DNA of 64,000 nucleotides from Mytilus edulis (lineage: Eukaryota), in NCBI RefSeq assembly GCF_963676685.1, contig NC_092351.1, forward strand, positions 39,184,001-39,248,000, written 5' to 3'. The translations under genes and the position numbers were made by a program. Position 1 is the stretch's first letter. Each line of letters begins with the position of its first letter. The notes beneath the pieces were generated by a model. That model did no database searches and was not told the origin of the DNA. It saw only the letters and a program-made list of their open reading frames with translations. Below are positions 1 through 14,100 of this stretch, piece by piece.

Positions 1-179
1 AAAAATTGACCCCCCTCTCCCAATTTTTTTTTCACCTCCCCGTTTCCCTTATTCCAAAACTGATCTCAATTCAAATTTCTAATGGAGTTTGCAACATTAA
101 CTACTCATTTAAATACATCATAAAATATAAAATGCCATAGTCATGGTTAAAATTAATATTAATTAACTTCTAAAAAAAA

Positions 180-575
180 TTAATGGGGAATGTGTCCCAA
201 AAACACAGATGATGCCCCGCTAGCATATATAAAATTATAAAGGGACATAACTCAAGAACTGTAAAAGTGAAGCTGCCAAAAATTTAACTTGGACTGAGTT
301 TAGAGGTAATAAGCATTATAAACACATTTCATTAAATTTAGTTGAGACAAACTTAAGTTAAGAGAACAGAAACGAAAAAATTCTTCCAATTTTTCCACTT
401 GAAAAGGGGCATAACCCTAGAATGGTAATCAAAGTGCTTGTAATCACTGAATGGTAAAGATTGTTTAAATTTATTAGTTGGTAGTAAAAGTGAATATTGC
501 ATTGTATATTGTATATAGCATTGATTTAAGTTGAATCAACTACTATTCTGGACAAAGAAAGATAACTCCAATTAT
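180..575 (+). mobile_element. Dispersed repeat (non-autonomous element fragment), near-identical to 6255-6662
   Basis: The block AGGGACATAACTC...GGACAAAGAAAGATAACTCCAATT occurs at about 241-573 and again at about 6256-6590. Confidence 0.75.
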
Positions 576-739
576 CTTATCAACTGGTTTAACAAACAGA
601 TAGTTTGTACAACTGTTTTTATTTCAGAATGACAGTATATAGCAGTGGCTGAGGTATAACAATCCCTCATAAAAAAAGACATTGTATAATAGGTATCAAA
701 ATATTTTGTTCTGAAAATAAAGACAATAATAATACAAAC

Positions 740-3700
740 TTGTATATTCTTCTTCCTCTGATGACGTATCTTCTACACCACACTCTTGTCTAACTTCTTT
801 TAGCAATCTACAATTCAAATATCTATTGTTATTCCTGAATTAAAATATACCAGAATGTCAATTATAACACTTCCATATAAATGGCAGACTTTTTTAATAA
901 GTCAAAGAATAAAATCAAGGACTTATAAAATGCACTTGGTTATCATCTATGAATAATTTTAGCATGCAAGTATTTGAGAAATAAAAGCCTCACATCTAGC
1001 GCAAGAAAAACATTTTTTACCATTTGTTTATCTCTAAATGGCACGCTGATATTAACCAATGTGTATGTGTTCAAAATGAAAACAATACAACTAAATGCAA
1101 TCTAAAACATCAACACAATTGATAATACATTAAATGTTTTATTGGATGAGCCTATCAACTAGGGTAGTACTTGTACTAGTTTGGTCATTGAAATGAGTAA
1201 GAAAACTCAATTCTCCAAATTTTATCATAATTCATAGAAATTGTTTGTTAACAGAAATATCCCTATATATTTCCAATGTCCAAGGCCATTTCTGGATTAA
1301 TCTTCATCATGAGCATTCAAAACTAAACATCCTTTAATATTATTGAGCTGTTGGTCAGCAATACAGTTACCTGTAGATGCCTTTAACACTGAGTTTTGGT
1401 CTTTAAGTAATGGCAGATATACAACACATTAATTTACTTCTCAATTCCAATTGACAAATCGGAATCAAAATTCTATTGTTACTCCTGAATTAAAATATAC
1501 CAGTATATATAAAACTATAGAAGTATTACCTGTAGAATTTCTTCCTTGATCTATGTTCTATGGTTTTCTCCTTTGGGTCAGGCTGTGGTGGTTTGTGATC
1601 AAACTTTAATCTTTCATCTTGTGGGAGGTTTTTCATCTGACCCAAGACTTTCTGTGGAGTAAAAGTAACAAGTATCAAATCTGAGTACATGTATTAGAAT
1701 TAAAGATCCCTCTTTTATTTTTTGTGCCATACTGACAAAAACCTAAAAGAAATGATCAACTGTATTCATCTCTAAAAGAGAAATAAATATCAGACATTTG
1801 AATGTAACTTTGCAATCAGGAAAGAGGAAGGTATAAAACTAAAAAAAATATTTGTGTGCCAATAATCGTATGAAAGCAAATACTGTTGATTCATTTATTG
1901 TCATGGCCCTCATGGGTACCAATTATCATGGCCCTCATGGGTACCGATTGTCATGGCCCTCATGGGTACCAATTGTCATGGCCCTCATGGGTACCAATTG
2001 TCATGGATTGTGGATAACTAACTATTTGTGGATACTTAATTTTGTGGTTTTGCCAAAGTCTGTACACAACCTGTTAGAAATTTGTATTCCATTGAATATT
2101 TAGTTTCATGGTTCACCTGTACCTAAAAAAATACATGAAAATTGGTATCAAACGAATAATAATGAATCCAAAATAGGTTATAATGTTAGTCAGGTTTTAG
2201 TACTTTTATTTCAAAAGATTTGACATGTTATTTTGTTTTCCCTAACTATTCTTGTTGTTTTCCACCCACCTGTCTTGATAACAATATATCTCTCAACAAA
2301 TCACCATAATATTTCTGTTGTCTGAACTCATATTCACGAAATTTCACATTTTTAATCATTCCACTGTATCTTGCTATGTCTGGAGAAAAGAAGCCACCTG
2401 TCAAAAGAAAATAAGCTTCAAGTAGTGTTCTTTGTTCCTTGAAGTCAAACAGACTACAGTATTTTTAAAATGTCATCTAAGGTAATCAAAGTCTTTAATT
2501 ACAACAATAAAAATAAGTGCCAAAATCCATGTGTCATTTTTCTAATTCAAATTTCTTATAAATAATAAGTATTCTTTTGCTTAATATAATATGTAAAGTA
2601 TACTCTATTAGTTGTTAATACAACAATGTAAATATAACAAAAAAATTAACTGAATAATATTTTCTTCACTAGTCTATAACCTATTTGTTGTTTACTGTTT
2701 CACTCATGCTTTGTTGTATTTGTGCATAGGTAAGAGTCTTCTGTCTACACAGTAATAATCTTTCAATCCAACCTTCTAAGAAAATCACAATTAATTTTTG
2801 GAAATCATTTTTTCATTCACAAAAAGTACAAATCTTTCAAATATCTTCCAGTGTTAACATTAAAGTTTAGACTGTTGAATCAAATAAGGGTAGTTTACCT
2901 TTTAATTTTGTGTGGAATTGTTGTGCAGGATTTCCAAACTTAATATTCTCTCCACTAAATAGTTTCCTGAAATAATGATATATCAGACACAACAATCAAA
3001 TTATTATCTTATTTATATGTACGTACCAAAAAGTTGCAGATCTCCCTTCCCCTTCCCTTTCCACAACTTTGCAAATATTGCCATTGGGATACCAATGCTA
3101 TTGTATAGAAGTTACTAGTTAGATACTTATAGTGTCAAATTATTCAAGTCCTAAAGTTGTGATTCCTGAGATATAAAGCACAATGCTAAGCTTCTCAATT
3201 TAAGAGTTTTAACTTCATTTAATACTTGCAAAGATGGATATTTTACCTCCTCTATCAATTAACATGCCTCCGCAAAAATTAAACAGACATGCTGACAGAA
3301 TTCTGAAATAGTTTGAAAAGTTGTATAAAAAAATATGCATATAGCTTCTGCTAGGTTAACCTGTCAGAGTTCAAACCCATTTAATTCATACTTTAAACAC
3401 TTACTTTACTGTTAATTCTTTTTCTTCTTTATCTTTTTCAGGAAATGATGGAAGGAATTTCTGAAATAACATATATTTGAAAATTACAAGTACAGGAATA
3501 TAAAGTTGACCAAGTTGGTGTGAAATTTTACATACATACATGTATATTTCAATATTGTTACATGGGTTTGTTGATATTGTAATTTTGCACTTTTCTCTGT
3601 TACATTCATACATAGCATGTTGCTCAAAAATTCTTTTAATCAAGCATTGCTTCCTCAATCAAACAGACCACTGAACATGGTTTGGAAGATTGAACTGTTT

Positions 3701-4426
3701 TAATACTGAAATATGATGATTAATAGATGGATGATCTACGCCTCTTTCAGCACTACTGGATATTCAGTGGCAATTAGATTTAATTGGAGTAAGAAGTCTC
3801 AGTGCCCTGACAGAACCATGTTCTTTTAGCAATAAAACCAAATTCCTTGGCAATTAAGATTAAATTTAAGCTCACCTGCCATGTGCCTGGGTTTGAACAA
3901 AAAACCTCTGCATTGACAGAATAGCACTACAGTAAATTTTGCATCTTCACTGACACATTTTTTTTAAAGCAGTCAGGAACAAGTATTGTCAATTTTCAAC
4001 AAGAAAATATACCATAATGCAACACTCACCATAAGATGTTCTCTCTGTGCTGGATTAAGTGCATTCTTCCATGTATCAACACTCATTACCTCATCAAATA
4101 CATGCTTCTGAAATTTAAAAGTCCAGCATTAAAATATCATTCTATTACTGTCAATAATTTATATATCATGTATAATCTGATGTCAAAAGTCGAAAATGGT
4201 CTATTTATAATCAGAGAATCTAATACATCATGCTCAACTAAATTATACAACAATATCAAATCTAAGTCAGCACCTGTTCTGTTAAAGCTTCAGGCAACAT
4301 GATTTCTTGCTTTCCAACTAAACATTGTTCCAATTTCTTGCCACCAAGCTTTGGAGCAGTACATCCCCAGCGGCTGTCCTCTTCTTCCTCTCCAGAGGGA
4401 TCCCACATACCCTCATCTGAAGACAT
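740..4426 (-). CDS. NFRKB: NFRKB (INO80 subunit G), 5' part; coding exons 4426-4274, 4107-4030, 3460-3405, 2966-2899, 2397-2270, 1651-1530, 807-740; gene continues beyond the left edge
   Basis: GT-AG exons join in frame to MSSDEGMWDPSGEEEEDSRWGCTAPKLGGKKLEQCLVGKQEIMLPEALTEQ-KHVFDEVMSVDTWKNALNPAQREHLM-KFLPSFPEKDKEEKELTVK-KLFSGENIKFGNPAQQFHTKLK-GGFFSPDIARYSGMIKNVKFREYEFRQQKYYGDLLRDILLSRQ-KVLGQMKN...KKFYR-LLKEVRQECGVEDTSSEEEEY. This is colinear with the recalled human NFRKB N-terminal/DEUBAD region (LFSGENFRFGNP, QREHLQQFLP, VLREVKEECGD..SSDEED). Confidence 0.93.
1881..2172. mobile_element. MITE of the TACTGTGGATTCAT...ATGAATCCACAGTA family, with an internal 25-bp tandem expansion
   Basis: Ends resemble copies at 15141-15350, 23437-23642, 23836-24020 and 26487-26697. 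TTGTCATGGCCCTCATGGGTACCAA is repeated about 4 times at 1897-2006. Confidence 0.7.
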
Positions 4427-4730
4427 TGTTTACCTGAAAAACACAGGTAAAACAGTGATATTGTTTGCCTTAAATTAGTGGAGAATAAAGGCTTTTTCCC
4501 CTGGAGAAGAATCCCAATTTGAAAAAAAAACAGCTTAAAATTATTCCCCAGCGGCTGTCCTCTTCTTCCTCTCCAGAGGGATCCCACATACCCTCATCTG
4601 AAGACATTGTTTACCTGAAAAACACAGGTAAAACAGTGATATTGTTTGCCTTAAATTAGTGGAGAATAAAGGCTTTTTCCCCTGGAGAAGAATCCCAATT
4701 TGAAAAAAAAACAGCTTAAAATTATTCCCA
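4366..4730. repeat. 181-bp tandem duplication covering the NFRKB splice acceptor, ATG and first ~21 codons
   Basis: CGGCTGTCCTCTTCTTCC occurs at 4371 and 4552 with the following sequence identical; CCCC(A) microhomology at the junction. Confidence 0.95.
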
Positions 4731-5084
4731 AAAAGACAATTTTTTTCCCAAACAGTGCTGTCTCAGTAGAAATTGTGCATGAATACAAACTGAAAAACAC
4801 TCATTTGAACATTTTTCATGGCTAAGATGACTATATTTTCAGATTTTAGGGTCTATTTATGTATCATCACTGACAAAATGAAGTCTTATTTTAAAGCAGG
4901 GTTTGACTCTTGACAATGGCTCTGTAAATTGAAGTTTCAGTCAAGTTCATGGTTGATTTTAATTTTCCCAATTTGATGAAAATGACGCATATTTTCCCAA
5001 TAAAAAAGGGTAGAGGTAGTTTTGAAAAAAGCCAACAATATCACTGTAAAATATAACAATGTATACTACTTTGATAAATAAGAA

Positions 5085-6110
5085 AAATAAATCGGGAATG
5101 TGCCCATTTGGCAGAGATGTTGCTCCAGCTTACAAATCATAAATCTAGATAATTCTACAACAGTAAAAGTGACACCACCAAAATTCAAAATTTATCTGTC
5201 TTTTGACAGTTATGTTGTAATACACTAATATGCATTGTGCATAAGTTTCAAAACATTTGGTTGAAGCACAATAAAGTTAGAGAATGGAAACAAACAATTC
5301 ATCAATGTTTCCATTCATAAAGGGACATAACTCTGGAACAGTAAAAGTATCACCACCAAAATTCAGACCTAATCTGTTTGTGTTGTAATAAGCATTGTGT
5401 AAAAGTTTCATCTCATTTGGTAATTTTGGTTAGGGCAAACTAAAGTAAGAGAATGGAAACAAACAACTCATCAATGTTTCCATTTATAAAGGGGCATAAC
5501 TCTGGAACAGTAAAAGTATCACCACCAAAATTCAGACCTAATCTGTTTGTGTTGTAATAAGTATTGTGTAAAAGTTTCATCTCATTTGGTAATTTTGGTT
5601 GGGGCAAACTAAAGTAAGAGAATGGAAACAAACAACTCATCAATGTTTCCATTTATAAAGGGGCATAACTCTGGAACAGTAAAAGTATCACCACCAAAAT
5701 TCAGACCTAATCTGTTTGTGTTGTAATAAGTTTTGTGTATAAGTTTCATATCATTTGGTTGAGGCAAACTAAAAGTAAGAGAATGGAAACAAAAAATTCA
5801 GCAAATTTTTCCATTTGTAAAGGGGTATAACTCTAGAACGGTAAAAGTGACACAACCAAAATTCATACTTGATCTGTATTTTGCAGTAATAAGAATTGTG
5901 TACAAGTTTCATATCATTTGGTTGAGGCAAACTAAAAGTAAGAGAATGGAAACAAAAAATTCAGCAATTTTTCCATTTTAAAAGGGGCATAACTCTAGAA
6001 CAGTTAAAGTGATGCCACCAAAAATGTAAAATTGATCTGTGTTTAGTGGCAATAAGAATTTTGCATAAGTTTCATAACATTTAGTTGAGGCAAACTAAAG
6101 TAAGGGATCA
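5085..6110 (+). repeat. Tandem array of ~170-180-bp subunits inside a Helentron/HINE-like element
   Basis: Repeated unit GGGCATAACTCTGGAACAGTAAAAGTATCACCACCAAAATTCAGACC...GAGAATGGAAACAAA, about 5-6 copies. Confidence 0.8.
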
Positions 6111-6135
6111 TAATACATCCCATAAACGATGTTTA

Positions 6136-6255
6136 ACCAGATGCTCCCCAGGGTGCAGCTTTATACAACCGCAGAGGTGGAACCCTGAATGGTTGGGGCA
6201 AGTATGGACACAACATTCAAGCTGGATACAGCTCTGAATTTGGATTGTGATTAAA
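6136..6255 (+). mobile_element. Dispersed repeat fragment; reverse-complement copy at ~10735-10845
   Basis: GGGGCAAGTATGGACACAACATTCAAGCTGGAT is here, and its reverse complement lies at about 10760-10792. Confidence 0.7.
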
Positions 6256-6689
6256 GGGACATAACTCAGAAACTGTAAAAGTGAAGCTGCCAAAAATTGA
6301 ACTTAAACTGAGTTAAGAGGTTATAAGCATTATATACACATTTCATTAAATTTAGTTGAGACAAACTTAAGTTAAGAGACCAGAAACTTGAAAAATCTTC
6401 AATTTTTCCACTTGTAAAGGGGCATAACCCTAGAATGGTAATCAAAGTGCTTGTAATCACTGAATGGTAAAGATTGCTTTAATTTATCAGTTGGTAGTAA
6501 AGTGAATATTGCATTGTATATTGTATATAGCATTGATTTAAGTTGATTCAACTTCTATTCTGGACAAAGAAAGATAACTCCAATTTTCAAAGAAGATTAT
6601 ATAAAGCATTGGTTTTAGTTGATTCAACAACCATTCTGGACAAAGAAAGATAACTCCAATTTATTGTCTTGAAACTACACAAATGCTTG

Positions 6690-7025
6690 TTTTTGACCCC
6701 TTTTTGGCCCCTTTTTGGCCTCTTTTTGGCCCTTTTTTCCCAGACTGTTTGCCCCATAACCCTTAAAATATATCTCAATCTTCTACTTATGGTATTAAAC
6801 ATTGTGGTACAATTTCAGAACAATTGAAATACTTAGACACTAGATAAATGCTATTGTTGGGCCCTTTGGGTCCCTAATTCTTAAACCTTAGGGACCATAA
6901 CCCCCAAAATCAATCCCAATCGTCCTTTTTTTGTTATAAACATTGTGTTAAAATTTTATTGATTTCTATTTACTTATACTAAAGTTATTATCCGGAAACC
7001 ATCTGTAGATGTGATACCAATTTAT
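6690..7025 (+). mobile_element. Repeat of the family also present (inverted) in the HMGB spacers
   Basis: CCCTAATTC...GGGACC...AAAATCAATC...GATTTCTATTTACTTATACTAAAGTTAT...GTGATACCAAT.TATGAC is the reverse complement of the 45900-46380-type repeats. Confidence 0.6.
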
Positions 7026-7799
7026 GACTGCAAAATTTTAATTCAAGTTCTTGTTTCTTAATGAGTTACACAGATTGACTAATGAAAGGTTAATCCTTGT
7101 TAATGACATGTATAAACAATTAGTCCTTACTGTGACAATATTACATTTAAGCATTGTGAATATGTACGGAAAATCCAAACAAACATGAAACAAGGTACAA
7201 AATAAGGATAATTTTTGTTTTCAATTAAATGGCCCTATAAACAGCTTAAATCTAATGATTAAACATAAATAGAGATGATGAAAAAAAACAGAGTTTTACA
7301 ATAACTGTCTATACATAAGTATGATATATAAAGGTACATGCATGGATACTGATGTAGGCAGCTCTTTATAGGGGGAAATTTTTAAAAGGAAATCTTATTC
7401 TTAACAATATTTGAATTAACTTTTTATTACAGTGCGCATTAAGCTAATACAAAGTTGTGTATTAACTTGTCTGTTTAATGTATAAAATAACTGCTCCATA
7501 AATATCCTGATCCAAATACCACTTAGAGGCTTCCAGTGGGGATTCCAATGTATATCATGCCGGTTCGACGCTTTTAATTTTCATTCAACAGTTATGACAT
7601 TGGCGTAACGTGTACGAAAATTTTAAAACTAAGTTAAAGTTTTATGTTAGTTCTTTTAGAGGTGATGTCAAGGACCATGCATGCTTCCAAGAAGGAAATA
7701 AAATGATTGAAACTTGAGTTTTAGACAAGCCTTCACTCGGTAGGAATATGACAAAAATACTCATTATGCCATTGTTATAATTAAAAATTAACCTTTTTG

Positions 7800-8125
7800 T
7801 CGTTTTACCTACAATATTTTCAGTATGTAACCGGTATGCACATGGAATTCTTCAAAAAATGTCAGGTGTTTCTTCATACAAAATTTAAACCGGAAGTTAT
7901 CATTGGCCATCATGGTTTCTTGTTGGGTGCAAATTCTTTTATCCCATTGGCTGACGAATGATAATTTAAAATATTTATTGTCAGATTAGTTCAGATTACT
8001 AATTTCGTAATCATATTCTCAATTGTTTAAGTTTGTTTTGAATTAATATGTAAACCATTGCATAATTTTTTTTATTTTATCAAACGATTGATTAAGTTTG
8101 CATTCTCTTCAAATATGGCAGCCAG
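7800..8125. promoter_or_regulatory. Putative bidirectional promoter between NFRKB and EIF3F
   Basis: Divergent genes. ETS/GABP motif CCGGAAGT at 7890-7897, YY1-like AAATATGGCAGCC over the EIF3F ATG, locally more CpG, and a candidate minus-strand non-coding exon donor (AG|GTAAAA) at about 7808. Confidence 0.55.
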
Positions 8126-11100
8126 CCTCGTGTGCCGGGTTCACCCGGTTGTTTTATTTAGTATAATCGATTCATATGAAAGGCGAAACGAGGACGCAAA
8201 AAGAGTGATTGGAACATTATTGGGTACTTGTTTGATGAATTACAAAGTCACTATTTAAAATAATTAGGAATAAGAAATGCTTTTAAACTTCATTGTTTAC
8301 AAATTACATCTGTCATTTTATACGTTTATAAAGCATATGCCAAGTTCTGTATGCGTTCCAACTTTCCTAAACAACGGTAATTTGATGTTCAATATGATAC
8401 CAAGTAATAAATCACCCGATTTTAAGAATATTGGCGGCTTCACTTTTACTGTTGTACCCCTTTCCTGAAGGAAAAATTGCTGAAATTTTGGGTTTTCATA
8501 CACCTTATCGCTATTCCCGGCTGACCCGTCCGCTTGAACTTTTGACGTCAACAACAATCACTTTTCCATTGTGGCGTCAGACATTTTGCTTTATGACGTC
8601 AAAATTTTACGGGAACCTGTGTGATTTCCAGCAATGGCGGACAAATAGCGATAAGGTGTATTGTCTAACTTTAGTTTGCTTCAACCAAATGTTTTGAAAC
8701 TTGTGCACAATGCATATTCAGGAGGGTCAAACAGTTATTTTTGGCTACCGTTAGCGTCAAACTGGTTAAAAGTTTACTGTGACTCGTCAAAATATCCTTA
8801 TCATGATTAGTCAGAGGTCCCAGATCCGGGTACAAGTCAAATCGGCATCTAGTCAAATCGGCACCTATTTAAAGTCAATTCGGCATCCAATAATATTTGA
8901 TATAATATATGGGACTGGGACTATTATGCTAAGTTGGTAAGTTAAGTATACTAGCATAATAGTTCCAGATATATATAAATAATTCTAAAAATGTATAAAT
9001 TCGATCATGATCTATTTTGGGGGTTGGATTATGTGACTGATGTTTTGATAAATTTTCTTTTCAATTAATTAATAACTTTAATCAAGTACATAGTTAATAT
9101 TTTTTTTAACTCAACAGTAAACAGGTAGAGTTATTGATGTTTTATTCTTCAGGGATTCTATCGAAATTATTCACACAGGCGTTGGTTCACCATACAGAGA
9201 TTAAGTTGTAATGTTGTACAAATTATAAATTGTACAGAGTTTTTGTGCATGTTATCAGTGTTTTATGAACTGCTGAACACAATGTAACACCGGCTTTTGT
9301 TTCGCATATTTCTGTCATATTTTCACAACTATATGATACAATCTAATAGTGAGAATTAATACAAAAACATTATTAGACCACAAAAAGACTTTTTATGGAT
9401 ATACATATGGTATCAGGAGAAAATTAAAATTAGAATTTAAACTATTCAGGTATCCTCATTTCCATTGTGAGGACAAGGAGAATAGCACGAAATTTTAGGT
9501 TGAAGCATATAAATTTGAATTTAAAACATTGAACTAGAACATTTTTAAAGATAAACTTGTATCACCTGGTGTAAGAAAATGTGTGTCAAAAAACTTATAA
9601 CTGGTACAGAAACCCTGTACAAATTATAATTTGTACAAACTTACATCTTGTACACAACATATATATAAACAAATTTTACATGGGTGCCGAATTGACTACA
9701 TCAAGTGCCGATTTAACCAGGTGCCAATTTGACTAGGTGCCGATTTGACCAGGTACCGATTTAACCAGGTGCCGATTTGACTAGAATTCAAATAATTATC
9801 GTTAGTGTCATAATTTTTTGGTGATTTAGGTGATGCGTCAAAATGAGTTGATTTTTTATGGTCTACAAGAAAGTACATTTTATCGTCATGCATCAAAAAT
9901 TACCGTAAACGTTATTTGGCAAGAATATTTACCATTATTTTTCATGAAGGTACCCCCATTACTTGCCTCATTTTTAAAGCTCTAAAATAGCGTACCTTTA
10001 AAGTTTTTTATGTCATTTTCTATAAGCACGGTTAAAGTCAGAATGTCCCTCTCAGTCTCATGCACTCAATGTAAAAATATTGTAAAATAAAAAATAATCC
10101 CTACCTACAAATGTACCTACATTTGTGTACCCCTTCTTTTTTTAAAGATGCATTAGGAAACACACATTTTTTTTTATTAGCCTCAAACGAATGTTATGAA
10201 TCTTATACACAGTGCTAATTAATTACGATGAATATGCATTAAGGCTACCAATGATAACCTATCTTTTTTTAGGGTTCATAGACATGATTTCAACTGACGT
10301 AATACAGCAAATTTTTTTTTTTGCTCAGCATGCAGATGTGCACGCACATGTATGTTTGCGAAAAGGGAGCTACGCGCCTGGCCTAAATCAAATGTTATTA
10401 CTCAATGTTTGTAACCTCAAAACACAAATAAAGTACAAAACTCAGTGTTTGATTCTCTTCTATTTCAGGAATATATGACAAAGGATCATTAGAAGTAACA
10501 AACTGTTTTGCAGTTCCACATAATGAATCTGAGGATGAGGTAAGTTGGTAAAATAATTAACACTAAGGTCAATTTTTCTCATTTTAGATTTCAGATAAAA
10601 AAAAACATTCTTTTTCTTTATGAGAGGATTAATATTCAACAGCATAGTGAATTGCTCAAAAGCAAAAAAAAAATTTTAAGTTCATTAGACCACATTCATT
10701 CTGTGTCGGAAACCTATGCTGTGTCAACTATTTAATCACAATCCAAATTCAGAGCTGAATCCAGCTTGAATGTTGTGTCCATACTTGCCCCAACCGTTCA
10801 GGGTTTGACCTCTGCGGTCATATAAAGCTGCGCCCTGCAGAGCATCAAGTTTTATGTTGCAATATTAAAATTTTAATTTAGAACATAGACACTTTAGTTT
10901 TTATCATGAGATTAAGGTTGTTTTCTTGTTGTAGGTTGCAGCTGATCTGGAATATGCTAGAAACATGTATGAACTTCACAGAAAAGTCAATGCTTCAGAA
11001 GTCATAGTTGGATGGTAAGTTTAGTTGTGCATGTTTATTTGTCCCCTACTGATGAAGTAGTATGTGTGTCTGTTTATCCATTGTAAGACCAGCAAATCAG

Positions 11101-14100
11101 TTTTCCACACTTTTTTTATGCTTCATAATCAGTTTTCCAATCTTTTTTTATGCTTCTTAATCAGTGATCTGGAAGGTTTTTTTTCACTATTGGCCCAGGG
11201 CCCCTCAAAAATAAATTCAATGGGCCATGTTGTCAAATGAGTGGGCCATTTGAATTGACTTCTGTAAACAAAAAAGTATCAGTATATTTGGCAAAGAGGT
11301 GTTGGTACTTACCTTTATGATTTTAAATAAAATCATGGATATTGTTCCTGTGATTTTGTAATTTCAATTTCAATCTATATACAATAACTTCTTCCAACCT
11401 GAACAATATTTAAGTTAACCTTTATTTACAATGTTTAAACTTCTACTGTTGCCTTGTTCATGTTCATGGTTTTTTTTGTACATTAAATTTGGGTCTTCGT
11501 CGATACCATACTTATTCCAGACGTTCCGTATCAGAGGACATTTCAGGCATTTCCTCTGTACTTCTTGTATTATTATAACTTCATCACAGTGACAAGAATA
11601 ACAGTATAGAGTACCATTAATTCATAGAACAATACAACAAATAAGTCATGTTTACAAAATGTCAAAACGAGCCAAAGGCCAAAACATGACAGTTAAGGGT
11701 CTTTTATGGAGACAAAAACTATATTCCTAAAAAGTCTTTTGGGTTTTTTTCAATCGAAATAATAGCAAGCTAAACTAAATGAGATTATTATTAGAGTTAA
11801 ATCTTGTCTGTACTAGCCAAAGTTTACAAATTTAAAGTTGTTAACAAAAAAAATATATCATGAATGATGGTTAATTACGTTTTTTGGGTTATCAGTTAGA
11901 CCGCATGGTTCTATTATTACAATAGGAAAACACCCGAGACGTTAAACCGCATGGTTCTATTATCATAGGGAAACACCTGAGACGTTCCAAAAATATATAA
12001 GTACTCCTATCATTGGAGGAACATTACACAGTTGTGTACACACACATGGCGGCACGGAACATGATCGGAAATCCATTTGACGATATCTAAACGAAGTGAA
12101 AAATATCGTGCACCACGTGGGCGCTTACATTTGTCACTGTATGCGCCATTTCTTGTCAATATGCGCTATAGGCGCAGGGCGCACATTCTTCCCAATCACT
12201 GCTTAATCAGTTTTCCACTCTTCTTTTTATGCTTCAAAATATTGATTTGATATTTGTTATGTAGTTTGATCATGACACTTTAAAGATCACATTTGTAGTT
12301 TGTTCCAGTCTGATGGTTTTGTGCAGAGTTATGGTCCTTGGACTTCTATCATGTCTATGTATCTTGAAATATTATATTGTCTGTGTTTTCTTTTATCTTC
12401 ATGATATTGAATTCTCTAGAGTGAAATTAATGAGGTTTATATACCTAAGATGAAATAAATATTTTATAGGTATTCTACAGGGAATGAAGTGTCTGAGCAC
12501 TCTGTACTTATCCATGAATATTATACAAGAGAATCTAAAAATCCAGTACATTTAACTGTTGATACCAGTCTAAAAAGTTCTAAAATGGATATCAAAGCTT
12601 ATGTAAGGTAGGTACCAGTCAATTTAGTCTACAATTATTGTTTTGCTTTGTAACAGAAGACATTTTGTTCTGAGAGCATTTAGAGCGGATACAATTCATA
12701 TATTTAATGTTCATATTAACTCATCATACAATGTCATAGAAACTCAAATTTTCACACTGATCTCAGAGACCCAAATACATTAATCCTTACAGCCACATGA
12801 TTATCATACTCAGTGCCAAAATTCAACCAATAAAAAAACTGGACTTGTTTCTTATTAGTTTCAATTATTCCAGAACAATGACATTTGCTTTGCAAAGCAC
12901 ATGGCTAATTAAGGTTCAGATCCTTAATGTTGTCTTATTTCACTTGTTATATTCTTAAAAACATTGTACTGTTGATCATTTATTATTAGTTCAACAATTG
13001 GAGTTCCAGGAAAAACCATGGGAACTATGTTTACACCAGTTCAAGTAGAAATGATAGCTTATGAACCTGAACGAGTTGGTGGTAAGTTAAATATTGTCCT
13101 TACTCTTTACAAAATTAATCCATATTTATCCTTTGCTTTCATTGAAGTCAACACATACAATTAATTGCTATGGTTCTCTTTGTCTTATTTTTTGAATTTT
13201 TATTTTAATATGTATTATGACTCTTGTTTCATTAAAAAAAGGAGATAATTTACTACTTATTAAGATCAACATTGATGCTTTACAAATATTTAACCATATA
13301 CAAGAACTCAACTTAAACTTAAAGAAAGTTGTTGATTTTTGTATCCTGACTCAATACAGGTACCTAAACTAACAAGTTGTATTTATGAGAAAGTTTCAAG
13401 AAAAAATATTGGAGGATTGACCACCCTATACCACTTTTTCCCGTCTGGAACAGGGGTGGAAGCAAATACATTTCTGTTACACATGGAAATAAAACATCAC
13501 AGTTGTTAGTGTATAAAATAAAGTGTTGTGAAACATGCTACCTGCTATTTTTCTCTGAAAAGCCTCAAGCATATTCTTGCATGTCTAATTTCTTAATAAA
13601 TGCTAATTTGTATTTTACAGTTGACCTCATACAAAAGGGAAAACATAATCCTAAGAGAACTGTTCAGATGGTATCTGACTTGACACAAGTATCCAGAGCT
13701 TGCAGTTCATTAAAAGATAAATTAGCTGTAACACAGGAATATATAGAGGATATTTTAGTAAGTATGGGGTTTATGAAATGATAGATTAGCTATAACACAG
13801 GAATGTATAGAGGATAATTTAGTGAGTATGGGGTTTATAGAAAGATAAATTTGCTACAATGTAGAAATATTTAGACAGTGTTGTGAAGAATTGATGGTTC
13901 ATGGTTATATTATGTATAATGCAGGGATATCTAGATGATGTAGAGGGAAGGAGGTTCAAGGAAAAAAGAATAAAGTGTGAGATATTTATATAAAGACTAT
14001 CCATCCATTATTTTGCACTTTTCCGTATGTAGTACATTTGATTTTTTATTAACCGGATTTTTGTGACAAAAATGTCGGTTATTGATTTGGGGATGTACGG

